Shown here in pieces: positions 25,348 through 39,760 of a stretch of DNA of 64,000 nucleotides (positions are counted from its first letter, which is position 1; every line of letters starts with the position of its first letter). The stretch covers positions 4,806,662 to 4,870,661 of the forward strand of contig OZ037770.1 in assembly GCA_964035545.1 (NCBI GenBank). The letters run 5' to 3'. The notes under the pieces were generated by a model. The model did no database searches. It worked only from the letters and a program-made list of their open reading frames with translations, and was not told the origin of the DNA. Source of the stretch: Bugula neritina. Its lineage: Eukaryota > Animalia > Bryozoa. A program made the position numbers and the translations under genes.

Positions 25348-26380
25348 TCAGAGATTAAACTTCCTACGGCTGGTATCCATTTCATGTCTCTTGTGCATCC
25401 ATTCATATTCACCGAACTTGGAGTCAAACGTCCCCTTCTAAATAGAACGTAGTTTGAGTGTGAATCTTGGGCCAAGCTCGTGCAAACCACACTTCTTCTC
25501 ATTGCGGAACTGAAAATGACATACAGTAGTAGTAGTAGAGCAGTGTTTGAACTATACATTATAAAATATAAAATAATTTATACAATAATACAGCAGCTTT
25601 GGCTAACATAATAATGATAATTTGAAGTAAAATATTTTATATAATACACAGGTATCTATTCAACAAGAAAATACTGATCTCCAATGATATCTAGATTATT
25701 GAGTACAAACTTGATATCTCTAGTGTTTAGCTAGTTTCACAATTTAGATACTAATGTATATGTCTTTTTTGTCCCCTTCTAAGAAAATTTTAATAAATAC
25801 AACGAAAGTACGAAGGCTTTTTAACTTTTTAATGAATTAGGAGATGAGGACCACAACGAAAAAACCATCACGGTTTGTATAAATATTTAGCTTATATTAC
25901 GACAAGTATGCTGCATTTTAAGGTTAAAAATTGGAACTCCCAACTCCAAATCCGAGAGTCCCTCACTACTGCACTCAGTTACACGCATCACAGAACTGCT
26001 TGTAGAATGATTCAACTAAAACCATCATTAGCCCAAGTTCTAGTTCATTATTTCTTGGGAGGGGGGACTGGGGTGCTTGCTACATTTTATTCAATCTAAA
26101 GGAACGATGCTGCCATTTTCCATTACCTCTAAACCAATGGGGTTTTTCTACCACAACTAATCTAAAAACAACTGTCTCTCACCTGATATCTGTGATGTCT
26201 AAAGAAGATGAAGTCTCTTTGATTGTGAAATGTGATGACCCTGCGACCATTGAACTGAGGGTCATGAGGGAACAGTGAGGCAAACATCCTTCCCACGGTC
26301 AGCCCTAGCCTTGTGTTGAAGTTGTTGAGTATTACCTCTGGAAGATAGGACGTCGTCTCCCCAGCCTTCTTTATTTCAGT
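25348..26380 (-). pseudogene. RPF1: RPF1 (Brix domain) last two exons, copy 1 (26380-26183, 25509-25348), with a nonsense codon
   Basis: [52 protein letters not shown] and [42 protein letters not shown]; CAG>TAG at 25438-25440. Confidence 0.88.
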
Positions 26381-28230
26381 CTGAAACAGGAAACATCATA
26401 GCAAATAGCTGTGGAGATGCTGGATTACTAATTGTTTATGTTTACCCTCAATATAGCTATAGGTAGTCCACCAGTATGTCTCACATGTTAGCTGAAACAA
26501 ATCTTTACATGGATAACTCCATATTATTATACAGTGTGATAACATGTAATAGCCAATATTAACTAAGGCCATTTCCCTAAATTATTAATATGCAGTCAAC
26601 TACATACTAAGACTTTGTTACATAATAGAATACAAGTATGTCAGGCATCAGACCAACTAAGCAACAGAAAGTAACAAGAGAGGACAACATCATATTGAAT
26701 CAAAATTAATATCAACACTCAATATTCCCCTAAAAAGATGGAACTAAACTAAATTGTGCTCTTCTACTTTCATGACATTCAGTCAAAAATTCAATTTTGT
26801 CGAGTTGAAAATTTCACTGAGTTGAATTGCATTGGAAAAGCCACTCATCAATTTTTTTTCACTTGCCACAACTTAATTGCCGATTTTAGAATAACAATCA
26901 ATGGGGAAGATAACTCTTCGTAGATATTGATATTCAATGATGACTTTAGAGACTGGATGACATATTTATAGTATTTTTATAATTATATTGGCATTAATGC
27001 TGTCAACTTGACAAATTCACTACAGTTTCAAATGGCATCAACTAACTAACTTAGAAAGGGAGTTTCCACATCAATATGATTTCAATGGGTTTCAGTTTTT
27101 AACTATAAAGGGGTACTCAGCCGAGTGAAATTGACTGAAACTCAGTAATTTAATATATTAAAAAAAATAAAGAACTTAGGCTATCTCCATTTCTCTACTA
27201 CTGCTCCTAAATGCTTTATAAGTTTAGGTTTAGAAGTAAAGGGTTGAGTCCTTCAAAGAAAGTGACTTATTTAGCTATACGACTTATTAGAACACAGGTT
27301 ATTCTGAATTTCCAAATGACTGCCCCTACTTTGAGATGAAACCCCAGGTACTGGTCACCTTAGCCTACTTTTCAAACATGTCTCACTACAAGAGGGGGCC
27401 CAGGTAAGAGCCCAGAGTGAAACTGATAAACTGAGTTGTGGGAAACAAGGAAGTTTCATTCTCTCAGACTGGGAGCGTAGCAGCTCAAACTCACATGAAA
27501 ACCGACTAATAGAAAACCAGAACTCAAAGAGTATTAGCCTGTGAATGTAACTATGAGTGTAATTTACTGGGTTGGAGCTAAGGCTAACAAATATATTCCA
27601 ACTACAATCAATTACTTCTGAAACCGCTGAAGTAATGCTACAGCATAGAAAGTGTAATCAACTACGTGAAATATCAACAGAGAAATAATACATCCGAATT
27701 AAATTTAAATAAGTTTCTGCCATCCACTACTTTTACTGTCATTACAGAGCTTGGTAACCTTGCATTAACAAATAAATAGCGTATTATGCACTGTTCTATC
27801 TATATTTCTCCACTAGAAAATATAAAAACCTATGACTTAAGCATAGAATTCTTTTAAGAGAAAACAAGAGTCAATATCTGGTTAGTATCAAGGAAACAGG
27901 GACTATGAGATTGTAGACTTTTATTTAGTGGTTTGTGCAGTGCAGTGCTACATGATAGAATGAATAATTAGTCCATGATAGTGTTACTTTAGTACTTATA
28001 TAAAGGCTACTAGCATTGGGAGTGATCAGTCAGTGAGCGACTCAGATACTCAGTGAGTGAGTTTATTAAATAGTAATTCAAACAACCTGCAGGACCCATT
28101 CACTGATTAAACTAATGGATATCCAAGCCAGTTAATGAATTACAGAGTGAATATACAAATATCTCATTTAAATCAAGACTCAAATCAGTGTAGGCCTGTC
28201 AGAACAAGTCAACAAGTGAAAACCTCACAG

Positions 28231-28600
28231 CTAGAAATCTACAGAATAATTCCGAAGGGTATAAAATGTCTCACTGTGAGAGGAGAGCAACAGGAAACGA
28301 AATAAACTCATGTCACGGAATATCAATATAATACATTTCCCTCGCAAGGGAAATGAAGCCCTCACTTTGATATTCATAATAGCAACAGTTCTAACATAAG
28401 TGCAATGAGTATACAAGAGTGTATGTAGAGATACAAATATTTTACCTCCTGAAACAAAAGAGACAGGTGAGCAGCACTACCACAATGATAATAACACACA
28501 GTGCTACAGCCAGTCCAGTGATTATCATATCCCTCTGAGTTAGACCTCCATCACTACCTCCTTTGTAGGTTGTTGATGACGTAACTACATCTGGAGTCAC
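28231..28600 (-). pseudogene. Duplicated 3' end (TM exon + terminal exon) of the single-pass membrane gene
   Basis: VTPDVVTSSTTYKGGSDGGLTQRDMIITGLAVALCVIIIVVVLLTCLFCFR splices to SETFYTLRNYSVDF*; no upstream exon in this unit. Confidence 0.65.
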
Positions 28601-29837
28601 TGCAAACAGAAATATTAAAATGTCAGAATATTGTAAGTTCTGTAGAATCATTCAGATATATAGTAAAACATATAAAAATTTTCAAACCACTGATCAATTA
28701 TTGATAATTATTAATAACCAATTACTGCCAACTCTGAGTATTAAAGTTTATGCTAATCATTAAATGGAATAGAAGCATCAGATATGTACATGCTGCCTCC
28801 ATATCTCACGGATCCAGTTCTTCTACTATGTCATGGATTAAGGTTTTGTTAGCTTAGTGAGATACAGGGGGAGCATAACAGTCCAAACATAATATTTTAT
28901 ACAAAACTAGACATAAATATCATGCTGTATTCTTATACCATGAAGAAATGCTCAGTTAGTCTAGAACAGGAAAGAAATGTTAATAAAGCAGTAAGAAAGC
29001 AGTTATTTTTCACTGTGAATCTTCGTAATTTTTCTGTGATTGTAAAGAATTAAACTTCCAATGGCTAAAACAAGCCAACGGCTAGTTTGAAAGTAGGTTT
29101 CATTCTGAAAACATTTAGTAAGCCTTTATTTTATGCACCATGAAAAGTAAGGCATTCATTTGTTAAAACCTTTAAAATTTAAAAAAAGTTTGACGCAATG
29201 AATTTAATTTAGCAAAAACCAAGATAGAGTGAGTGGTGTAAAGTACCATGAAGTAGTAGCACTAACTCGATATTAGCCATATCTGTCGGCAATATGCCGC
29301 TGCAGGAATGCATGTTTTGCTGGCCACATTAAATGGCTGAATAGTCTTAGAGCACATTATTTAAAAAAAGACATCTTCGCACAAATTGCCTGTAGCACTG
29401 TGTTCCTTTTATTCTGTATAACCCGGGCAGGAATATTTGTGAAAAGGTAGTTAGTGTGTTGTAAAAGCTTAATATAAATTATAAAGACAAAATTTCATTG
29501 CAGCAACTTGGATATATGACTATGAAGTTATATGCACCTACAAATTGACTGAAAAATTTATTTTTGTGTCTAGTGTTTTTATTAAATATCCAGGTTCAAA
29601 ATAACCACTTTTGGAAATTCATGCTGTCTTTAAAACAATTACAACATAAATTTTTTGCATCAGTTTAGGATTGCTTGTTTTTAATCCTAAATGTTAGCTA
29701 TATTCTAAAATTAGTGTCAGCATAATGGTGGTATCATCACTGCATGCAAGAAATGCTGTTTCATTAGGTTTTGTTTAATTTTGATATTTTATGCTATTAT
29801 GTGATAAAAACTGTAAGTTTTAGTGCACCAACTGTGA

Positions 29838-29912
29838 GTACTATTACTACCACTGCTACTAGTACTACTACTACTAATACTACTACTATTACTACTACTA
29901 CTACTGCTGCTG

Positions 29913-29960
<48 letters not shown>

Positions 29961-30030
29961 ATAGTACTACTGCTGCTGCTTCTATTAATACTCTGATTAC
30001 AGCCACTATAACTACTGCTACTACCACCAG
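29838..30030. repeat. (ACT/GCT)n trinucleotide microsatellite (second copy)
   Basis: Direct reading. Confidence 0.95.
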
Positions 30031-30155
30031 ATCAAAATTGTCATTGACACATTGTTCAATACAAAACTAAAGAAATGAACTACTCAAATTTATGAAATAA
30101 AATTTTATTTTGGTTCACTTTGCATATAGAAAATATAAATACTAATGAAATGGGT

Positions 30156-31238
30156 TCAGAGATTAAACTTCCGACGGCTGGTATCCATTTCATGTCTCTT
30201 GTGCATCCATTCATATTCACCGAACTTGGAGTCAAACGTCCCCTTCTGAATAGAACGCAGTTTGAGTGTGAATCTTGGGCCAAGCTCGTGCAAACCACAC
30301 TTCTTCTCATTGCGGAACTGAAAATGACATACAGTAGTAATAGTAGAGCAGTGTTTGAACTATACACTATAATATGTAATATCATTTGTAATATAATACA
30401 GCAGCTTTAGCTAACATAATAATGATAATTTGAAGTAAAATATTTTATATAATACACAGATATCTATTCAAAAGGAAGGTACTGATCTCCAATGATATCT
30501 AGATTATTGGGTACAAACTTGATATCTCCAGTTTTTAGCTAGTTTCACAATTTAGTTGCTAATGTATATGTCTTTTTTGTCCTATTCTAAGAAAATTTTA
30601 ATAAGTATGAGGGCTTTATCAAATTTTGCTTGAATTCCTATACTTGAACCTAATCTTTTATTGAATTGGGAGATGAGGACCAGAATGAAAAACACCATCA
30701 TAGTTCGTATAAATATTTAGCTTGTATTACGACAATGATGCTGCATTTCAAGGTTGGAACTTGGAACTCCCAACTCTAAATCTCCAAATTGGAGAATCTC
30801 TTACTACTGCCGTCTTGAAGGTCCAATGCACTCAGTCACCTGCAACTCGGAGCTGCTTGTAGAATGATTCAACTAAAACCATCATTAGCCCAAGCTCTAG
30901 TTCGTAATTTTTTTTGGGGGGGGGGCGGAGGTGCTTGCTACATTCAATTCAATCTAAAGGAAAGATGCTGCCTTTCTCCATTACTTCTAAACCACCGGGG
31001 TTTCTCTACCACAACTAATCTAATAACAACTGTCTCTCACCTGATATCTGTGATGTCTAAAGAAGATGAAGTCTCTCTGATTGTGAAACGTGATGACCCT
31101 GCGACCATTGAACTGAGGGTCATGAGGGAACAGCGAGGCAAACATCCTTCCCACGGTCAACCCTAGCCTTGTGTTGAAGTTGTTGAGTATTACCTCTGGA
31201 AGATGGGACGTCGTCTCCCCAGCCTTCCTTATTTCAGT
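30156..31238 (-). pseudogene. RPF1: RPF1 last two exons, copy 2 (31238-31041, 30317-30156); frame open, 5' exons not found
   Basis: Same Brix-domain peptides, including the [10 protein letters not shown] sigma70-like motif; GT-AG phase 0 junction; TGA at 30156-30158. Confidence 0.85.
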
Positions 31239-33082
31239 CTGAAACAAGAAACATCATAGCAAATAGCTGTGGAGATGCTGGATCACTCATTGTTTATGTT
31301 TACCCTCAATATAGCTATAGGTAGTCCACCAGTATGTCTCACATGTTAGTTGAAACAAATCTTTACATGGATAAGTCCATACTATACAGTGTGATAACAT
31401 TGTATTGGCCATGCCCATTCCCTTATATTATCAATATGCAGTCAGCTACATACTATGACCTTGTTACATAATAGAATACAAGTATGTCAGGCATCATACC
31501 AACTAAGCAACAGGAAGTAACAAGAGAGGACAACATCAAATTGAATCGAAATCAATGTCAACATCCAATATTCCTCTAAAAAGATGGAATTAAACTAAAT
31601 TGTGCGCTTTTATTTTCACGACTTTCAATCAAAAATTTGATTTTGTCGACTTGAAAATTTCACCGAGTTGAATTGCATTGGAAAAGCCACTCATCAAATC
31701 TTTTCACTTGCGACAACTTAATTAGCCGAATTTAGAATAACAATCAGTGGGGAAGATAACTCCTTGTAGAAATCGATATTCAATGATGACTTTAGAGACT
31801 GGATGACATACTTATAGTATGTTTATAATTATATTGGCTAAGTTTTCTCAATTATTGCATTAATGATGTCAACTTGACAAATTCACTACAGTTTCAAATG
31901 GCATCAACTAACTAACTTAGAAAGGGAGTTTCCACATCAATATGATTTCAATGGGTTTCAGTTTTTAACTATAAAGGGGTACTCAGCCGAGTGAAATTGA
32001 CTGAAACTCACCAATTTAATATATTAAAAAAATTAAAGAACTTAGGCTATCTCCATTTCTCTACTACTGCTCCTAAATGCTTTATAAGTTTAGGTTTAGA
32101 AGTAAAAGGTTAAGTCCTTCAAAGAAAGTGACTTATTTAACTATACGACTTATTAGAACACAGGTTATTCTGAATTTCCAAATGACTGCCCCTACTTTGA
32201 GATGAAATCCCAGGTACTGGTCACCTTAGCCTACTTTTCAAACATGTCTCACTACAAGAGGGGGCCCAGGTAAGAGCCCAGAGTGAAACTGATAAACTGA
32301 GTTGTGGGAAACAAGGAAGTTTCATTCTCTCAGACTGGGAGAGTAGCAGCTCAAACTCACATGAAAACTGACCAATGGAAAACCAGAAATCAAAGAGTAT
32401 TAGCCTGTGAATGTACCTGAGTGTAATTTACTGGGTTGGAGCTAAGGCTAACAAATATATTCCAACTACAAACAATTATTGCTGAAACCACTGAAGTGAT
32501 GCTACAGCATAGAAAGTGTAATCAACTATGTGAAATATCAACAGAGAAATAATACATCGTAATTAAATTTAAATAAGTTTGTGCCATCCACTACTTTTAC
32601 TGTCATTACAGAGCTTGGTAACCTTGCATTAATCAAGAAATAGCGAATTTTTATCTATATTTTTCTCCACTAGAAAAGATAAAAACCTATGACTTAAGCA
32701 TAGAATTCTTTTAAGAGAAAACAAGAGTCAATATCTGGTTAGTATCAAGGAAACAAGGACTATGATATTGTAGACTTTTGTTTAGTGGTTTGTGCAGTGC
32801 TACATGATAGAATGAATAATTAGTCCATGATAGTGTTACTTTAGTACTTATATAAAGGCTACTAGCATTGGGAGTGATCAGTCAGTGAGCGACTCAGATA
32901 CTCAGTGAGTGAGTTTATTAAATAGTAATTCAAACAACCTGCAGGACCCATTCACTGATTAAACTAATGGATATCCAAGCCAGTTAATGAATTACAGAGT
33001 GAATATACAAATATCTCATTTAAATCAAAACTCAAATCAGTGTAGGCCTGTCAGAACAAGTCAACAAGTGAAAACCTCACAG

Positions 33083-33970
33083 CTAGAAATCTACAGAATA
33101 ATTCTGAAGGGTATAAAATGTCTCACTGTGAGAGGAAAGTAACAGGAAATGAAATAAACTCATGTCACGGAATATCAATATAATGCACTTTCCTTTGCAA
33201 GGGAAATGAAGCCCTGACTTTGATATTCATAAAAGCAACATTTCTAACATAAATACAATGAGTATACAAGAGTGTAAAGATACAAATATTTTACCTCCTG
33301 AAACAAAAGAGACAGGTGAGCAGCACTACCACAATGATAATAACACACAGTGCTACAGTCAGTCCAGTGATTATCATATCCCTCTGAGTTAGACCTCCAT
33401 CACTACCTCCTTTGTCAGTTGTTGACGTAACTACATCTGGAGTCACTGCAAACAGAAATATCAAAATACTGTAAGTTCCGTGGAATCATTCAGATATATA
33501 GAAAACCATATGGGCAAATCACTAATAAATTATTAATATCTGATATTAAACAATCACTGCCAATTGTGAGTATTAAGGTTCAAGTCAATCATTAAATGGA
33601 ATAGGAGCATCAAATATGCACAGTGCTCCCCCATATCTCACAAAATCTCACAGGTCAGGAGAAGAGCTTGGACTCTCACCAAATGTATGAGTTCTGTTCA
33701 GTGATAACTAGTAAGTATCATCTGGGGGTGAGTCAACCCAACCAGTCTGACCAGCTGGTTGATAATAGAAATAATCTTCATTGAAAAAATGAGCCATTCT
33801 CTGTCTAATAAGAGTTATGTTTTGTGTAAACAACTGCTGATTGGCTGGTTTGAAGTCACATGTACAAGATGCCTTTCCTGCTGCTGTGTGAGGTGAAGGA
33901 GTGGTTAGAAATACAGACTGAGTGGAAGGTATAGTTTCATATCTGTCTTCACAAATATCCAAGGTGTAAT
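33083..33970 (-). pseudogene. Type I single-pass membrane protein gene, unknown family (exons 33970-33680, 33445-33295, 33125-33083; possible 5' exons near 36050 and 36188-36225); in-frame TAG at 33708-33710
   Basis: Phase-compatible GT-AG junctions. A Cys-containing ectodomain exon (ICED...SCTCDF), a Thr-rich stalk, a hydrophobic TM helix and a short tail SETFYTLQNYSVDF. Confidence 0.6.
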
Positions 33971-35779
33971 CTAAAAAAAACAAAATTATTTAATATGCAA
34001 TAGTACATTTGATGATTTCTGGGAGGATTAAACTTATAATATATTCATCAAACAAAAATAAATACAACATATGCATATATAAACCATCTGACACACTCAG
34101 CTATAAAACTGAATAAAACACCATCATAAATGGTTACAGTTTGCTGAACAGACTATTTACATTGATAAAATAGAAACAATATCTTGGCATTTTAATAGTA
34201 AGTCATCGCCTAGGGGGAGGGTGTTGGTAGCCCCCCTCCTCCAGAGGAAAACAACATAACTGTCACAAACCTTATTAAAATACATTAAATCTAACTTAGT
34301 TGATGGTGACTTTTCATGGTGACTTTGAAACAAGCAAAATTGAGAGACTTTTTCTGATTATTTCTTCAATTTTAATCTGAAGAAAATCTGAGAAAATTTA
34401 TTTTTATAAACTAATTCTACTTGCAGCCTATACTTGATACTTTACTTTAACATAAATAAATAAATATGCCTGAGCAAAGTTCAAATCTATGTTTAAATTT
34501 ATTATCACCTCCACTTATTAGGCAGAAGACAGGAAGCAGGGGTTTGCATTGTTCAGTGACTAGTCAATATTTCAAAGGCTCATTTGACATTTCCACTTGA
34601 ACATTTTCTTTCTAGTGCTTTAATTCTGTTTTTGAGCAGTTCATATTTTGCGTTACAGCCCAGAACAATTTGCTTAACCTAAAGCTAAATGCCTGCATAG
34701 ATTCCACATTGCATTAGGCTCAGTATATATGCATCCAATTATGTTAGCAAAGAAAGCTTGATTTATAAATCCCCATTAAAAGTAAAGCCTAGTTACAGAA
34801 AATTATTTTAAAATTTATTCTATTTCTATAACTTATTATTGCAACATCTAACTTAATTTAAATAACAACTTGTTTTAGAACTTCCATTTTCAAAGCAACA
34901 GAAATTCAGAATATTGTTTTGAGATACCTACACAATAGTTTATCTATCAATTTATTCACTAGAACAAATTAAATACAAAATCACAATCAGCAGAGCTAAT
35001 CACAGCTAATAGCATACTATGCTTTATAACGCTGACTATGTTTTCAACAGTAGCAGAAGATACTTATATTGATATTTACAATGAGCAAAAATTTAAATTA
35101 TGCCCTAAAAATCAAAAGACCAGGCTAGACCTAACTATCACTTGTAGTCAATTATTATAATTATAATGATAATTATGTCAATGCTACAATTCAAGCTGTT
35201 AATATTATTATTATTATTATCATACTAATACTCATTATAATAATCAACTATAAAGAAAGGTATAGTCATTGGGATTGTAACACTAACAGCCATACTTATA
35301 CTCCTAATAACAATGGCAATGATATTCATATTAAATTTGATAAGATACATAACTTTGTGAACACTAAAAATTAATAGTAAGAGAGAATAATTTAAACTTC
35401 AAATTATATATAACAATTAACATGAAAACTTACTGATACTAAAACTAATACTAATATTACAATCATAATGATAATCATAATACCAATATTATTAAGAAAG
35501 TCATTATTAATTTGGAGATCATTATTGATTATTCAATATGAATATGAATATCACTATGAACACCGGAATACGTTGACAATCACAATGACACTGATACGTA
35601 ATTTTGAAGAGCAGAATGAATATGTTGTCAAAATCAAACTCAATGTGTTTTAGTATGAGTTTCATTCCTAGTTCTACTTTAATATTAGTAACCTTAAAAC
35701 TAAAAGAGAGTGAGTTCAGGAACAAATAACGCGTAATAATCACACATAATTATTATGTGTTATTATATTTAATTTTATT

Positions 35780-36035
35780 ACGCGTTATTTGTTACTATTA
35801 CTATTAGTATTACTATTAGTATAAGTATTAGTATTATGATAATAGTAATAGTAATACCATTGGCAATAGTGAGTAACACTAGTAATAGTAATACTAAGAG
35901 TAGGAGTGTAGTACAACTACTACTAGACCTAGTAGTACTAGGTTTAGTAGTACTAGTACTACTAGTAGTACCAGTACTAGTAGTAGTACTAGTAGTACTA
36001 GTACTAGTAGTAGAGTACAGGTACTGAGTAGTACT
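35780..36035. repeat. TAG/TAC-rich low-complexity microsatellite
   Basis: Direct reading (tagtac/tagtag units). Confidence 0.8.
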
Positions 36036-37069
36036 ACATCGAGACTGAGCAGTGAAAACTGATGGTGATATGTACATATTAAAATATAAACTTATCCAAG
36101 TGATTAAATTACTTTGGTCAAATATTAATAAAATTATTAGCGACGCTAACCATTTATTTTTAACTTTAGAGTGCAACACTAACTCACCCACTGCCACTGT
36201 GACACTGACTGGAAGCAGCTACATTCTGTTGCAAAATGAGAAATGAATTAAATATTGTCGGTTTCAGCGGCTAGAGCGGCAAGAGTCAGCAATCAAAATG
36301 TATTGGATGCAGTGGGGGAGGGGGTGAGGTGCCGCTTAGTACACAACGATATTTTATGGATTTACTACTACGTCTGAGGCCTATTTTAATAATCGATTGA
36401 AAATTACGACTTTGCTACAATACCATAAAACTAGGTGATCGATGGAAGCACAACTCTTATTTTAACAAACGGCAATTTCGTGTACGTCGTAAATTACCCT
36501 GTTCCCTGTAATCTGAAAATATTATAACAATATTATTATAGAGAGATCTGAATAATTTATAGACCCAAAAGTTGTAATTTTTTATTTTTTCAATTATATT
36601 TTTTTTTCAAATATTTTTTTTATAATTGTCACTACCCCAATTAGAAAACTTAAAACTTGTTTTCGAAACAGAGTAGAGACGACTCTGAACATAATTGCTA
36701 TGATACTAGACAGCAGTAGATGCCATCATATGCAATTTGTATAATTTCCCCGATAATATCGAAACAAACATATTGCAATCTAAATATTGTTTTTATTATG
36801 ACCATAAATATTATTAGACGTCAAAATAGAATAATTACGCACTATAATCTTAAAAAACTGTTTGTAGCTGTAGTGCTTTTATCACAATAACTTTCTCACA
36901 TTCAGCTCTTTCCAGCCTTAGTTTATTAGGTCTCAGATGACTTATTCGATGGCGATAGTAATGTGGTTACTAGTTAATCGCTAACTCTAAGTCTAATAGT
37001 TATTTATTATGCTACATTTTACTCTATAACACAGGCTGTTTCATTTTCTTAATTACTGCACCTACCTTA

Positions 37070-37430
37070 GGCGAGCCATAACATGACAATGCTACCAAAA
37101 TAGAGAGGTTGGCCCAGATTCCCTACAGAAACCTGGATACAGCCGGCAGATGCTGGCCTTTGAGGCACACTCTTGACAAGTAGATGCTGAAGAGGGAGAG
37201 CTGTCTCGAATACATCAAAGGATCCACCAGTCGCAATCACTGCAGCTGCACCGGCCTCCACAGAAATCTCCATATTGCTAGAATTGGTGCGAGGTCTGCA
37301 GGCTGGAAGGCCAGTGCATCCCATCAGCAAGTCAAGGTGCTGAAAGACTGGTTCAGCATTCTAACTCGGGACCTAAAGCATTGTATGGAGAATTTAGACG
37401 ACTCTGATGGCAGTCCCTGCATCTGGAGCA
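37070..37430 (+). mobile_element. Possible decayed LINE (RTE-like) 3' end
   Basis: GC-richer island. Broken frames give AGRP...VKVLKD...DLKHCMEN, which resembles the RGRP..Y.D.L..D....L...M.DR C-terminus of RTE-type ORFs. Confidence 0.35.
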
Positions 37431-39411
37431 AGAAGTACTGCAGAGGCCGCACTCATTTTTATACACACAAGCATGATGTTGTAATACTGTTAGATTCTAT
37501 TGGTTATCTTTTGTTAATGCAGGTGGCTGGCTATATTATGTAGCCAGGTACTTTCTTTGTCTAGTTTCTTCTCCTGTTATATAATTAGAGGGCCTGATTG
37601 TGACCTTTCTTATTCAGTTGTGTTTTTTAATACCGTGTTTATACTCTAGCGCAAAAAAACAAAAATAGCTTAAATTAAAGATATATATATAGTGTACTAA
37701 CTTAAGTAAAATAACCCACATGTTCAAAGGTTTATCAGCCTAACTCAACCCGCACGTAATTCTTGCGTATTACTAAGACGCCAAATTACTACAATATCTC
37801 ACAAAAATTTCGATATTTTAGTGAATTTGCTAATTAATACTGTTGTAGTTTTGTGCACTATTCTTTAGGGTGTTATTGCGCGCTCAATAAATACTGCATA
37901 TCACTGTGAGGTTATGTGAAGAACCGAACCAGTTGATTATTTGACGAGAGAACTGTATTAGTATTTCAAGTACGCACTTGCAATAAAAAGTCATATATAT
38001 ATATAAGTATAAAAAAGAAAAGAGTACAATTAGTAAAATGTTGCACAAGGTTAACCTGTCTACTTAACTACCATCGTCTAGACTGGTGTAGATACTGGAC
38101 GGCATTGTTTATATATGAGGGGTTGATCTTGATTGGATTAATAAGGTTCTGGTGTTGTCACCATAAAGGGTGATACGGTGCCACACAGGGAAGCGCTATA
38201 ACTAGCGGAGTTGTCCTCCTTGAGACAATAGTTGCACCATAATATATTGTAAGTCTGTAGCAGGGGCACTGAAGGGTGTGCTTCCCTAAACCACTGCAAC
38301 ATACTATTAATATTAGCTAGTGTTCTATTTCTTACATTATCTTTTTTAACCTATATATAATTTACTTGTAGTTATAGTTTATTTCCACTTAGATCTATAG
38401 TTTTGTCTTAGACCTCAACTGTCTAGCTTCTGCACTGCATTCATGCAGCTGGATGAAGTCATACAAGTATTTTGTACCAACATGACTCTGGAGTAGGTTT
38501 ATTCATAGCAACTGTATTATTTCTTCTTATAAACAGCATATAATTATACTTTATTATTATATTATTTAGTTGTCATGTTGTACTATTATATATAGCATCA
38601 TTATAATGGTATAGTATTATTGCATAATGTATAGCATCCTTATATCATAGCATTGTTATATATAGTATCATCTTATAGTTTTGTTATGTATAGTAATATT
38701 GTATTGTATTATTGTGTAGTATTATTATATAGTACATATAGTTGTAGTAACTCTTTATTGAGTACAGCTGCATGCATATGCATGGTAATAATATAGATAT
38801 TTTATATATTATTATAGGATATTATAATAGGCTACAGGGTGTCATTATGCAGTAGTCTGGTAAACTTTGTTTTGTTTTGATGCTATATTACATTAGTCTT
38901 CATAAGTATTTCACTAAGTCTGCCTTTCTTTTTCACATAAAAATGTGTGTGGTGAGTTTAAAATATTTAAAATTATATAGTACTTTTCTATAAGACAACA
39001 TTATGGTTAAAGTTCTGTTGATTAGTAAAAGTATTATACAGTTAGTTGAACAAAATATTATTATATAATATGTTGCATGCTTGTGAGCACTCATACATAA
39101 CCTTGAATGTTAAATTAAGTACAAATGCATAGTGTATGATTATATACAGTAATCATATATTTGTGTGTATTAGTATTGCATTCATTTAATACTATACTCT
39201 ATTTTATTTCAAAATATGTAGAAATTTATTGCAACTAAAACGTAATTCCACATGCAAGTGTTATGATATCATAATATATTTAGTACTGAAAAATTTCATT
39301 CGGTATTAAAGACCTATATTTGCTATCATTACATGTTTAGTATTAAGAATTAACATGGTAAATCACTTACCTCTCGTTTGTACTGACAATAGAACTATAA
39401 TATGTTTTTAG

Positions 39412-39760
39412 GTTATGGAATCTACAGGAGTTACAGATACTAGACATATCAGAGAATAACTTCACCAGTCTATACCATCTTCAGTGTGCAGACTGAAAAA
39501 ATCTGCTAGAACTCAAGTTAATCTTCAATGACTGCATGACATCGTTGAATCAGCTGAGATACTATACTGCTAACACATCTTAGTTCTTTATACTAGGTGG
39601 TTGTAATGCTCTTACAGCTCCTCTACTATAAACCTGTAAGAAAGAGGGTTAAATGCTGTGAGACAATACTACACACATTTGGCTAAAGGAGCAGGTAGAA
39701 ATATTCCATTCGCTACAATAACTGTATTGTGAAAGACCAGCTTGCAGAGCACTAATAGCA
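39412..39760 (+). pseudogene. Decayed third copy of the LRR/ROC exon start
   Basis: tcagagaataacttcaccagtcta...gctaacacatctt...gacaatactacaca.a.ttggctaaagg.gcaggtagaaat.ttccatt.gctacaata aligns with 2357-2720 but has frameshifts, stops and a deleted P-loop. Confidence 0.85.

Larger units (their letters stand above)
23975..33641. repeat. Tandem segmental duplication, ~4.7-4.8 kb units (about 23975-28810 and 29003-33641)
   Basis: Colinear, highly similar sequence throughout both units, from cactgtgaat.ttcgtaatttttctgtg to catatctcac. Confidence 0.93.

Noticed and set aside
25272-25559. 95-aa and 101-aa (30080-30385) minus-strand ORFs with signal-peptide-like starts
   Set aside because: Wrong frame; the conserved frame is the RPF1 terminal exon.
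31238-33295. Chimeric splice of the TM exon onto the RPF1 exons
   Set aside because: The TM exon ends in phase 2 and has its own in-frame terminal exon at 33125-33083, while the best RPF1 acceptor is phase 0.
38039-38227. Possible solo LTR (TGT...ACA, GC-richer island)
   Set aside because: No target-site duplication and no match to the LTRs in this window.
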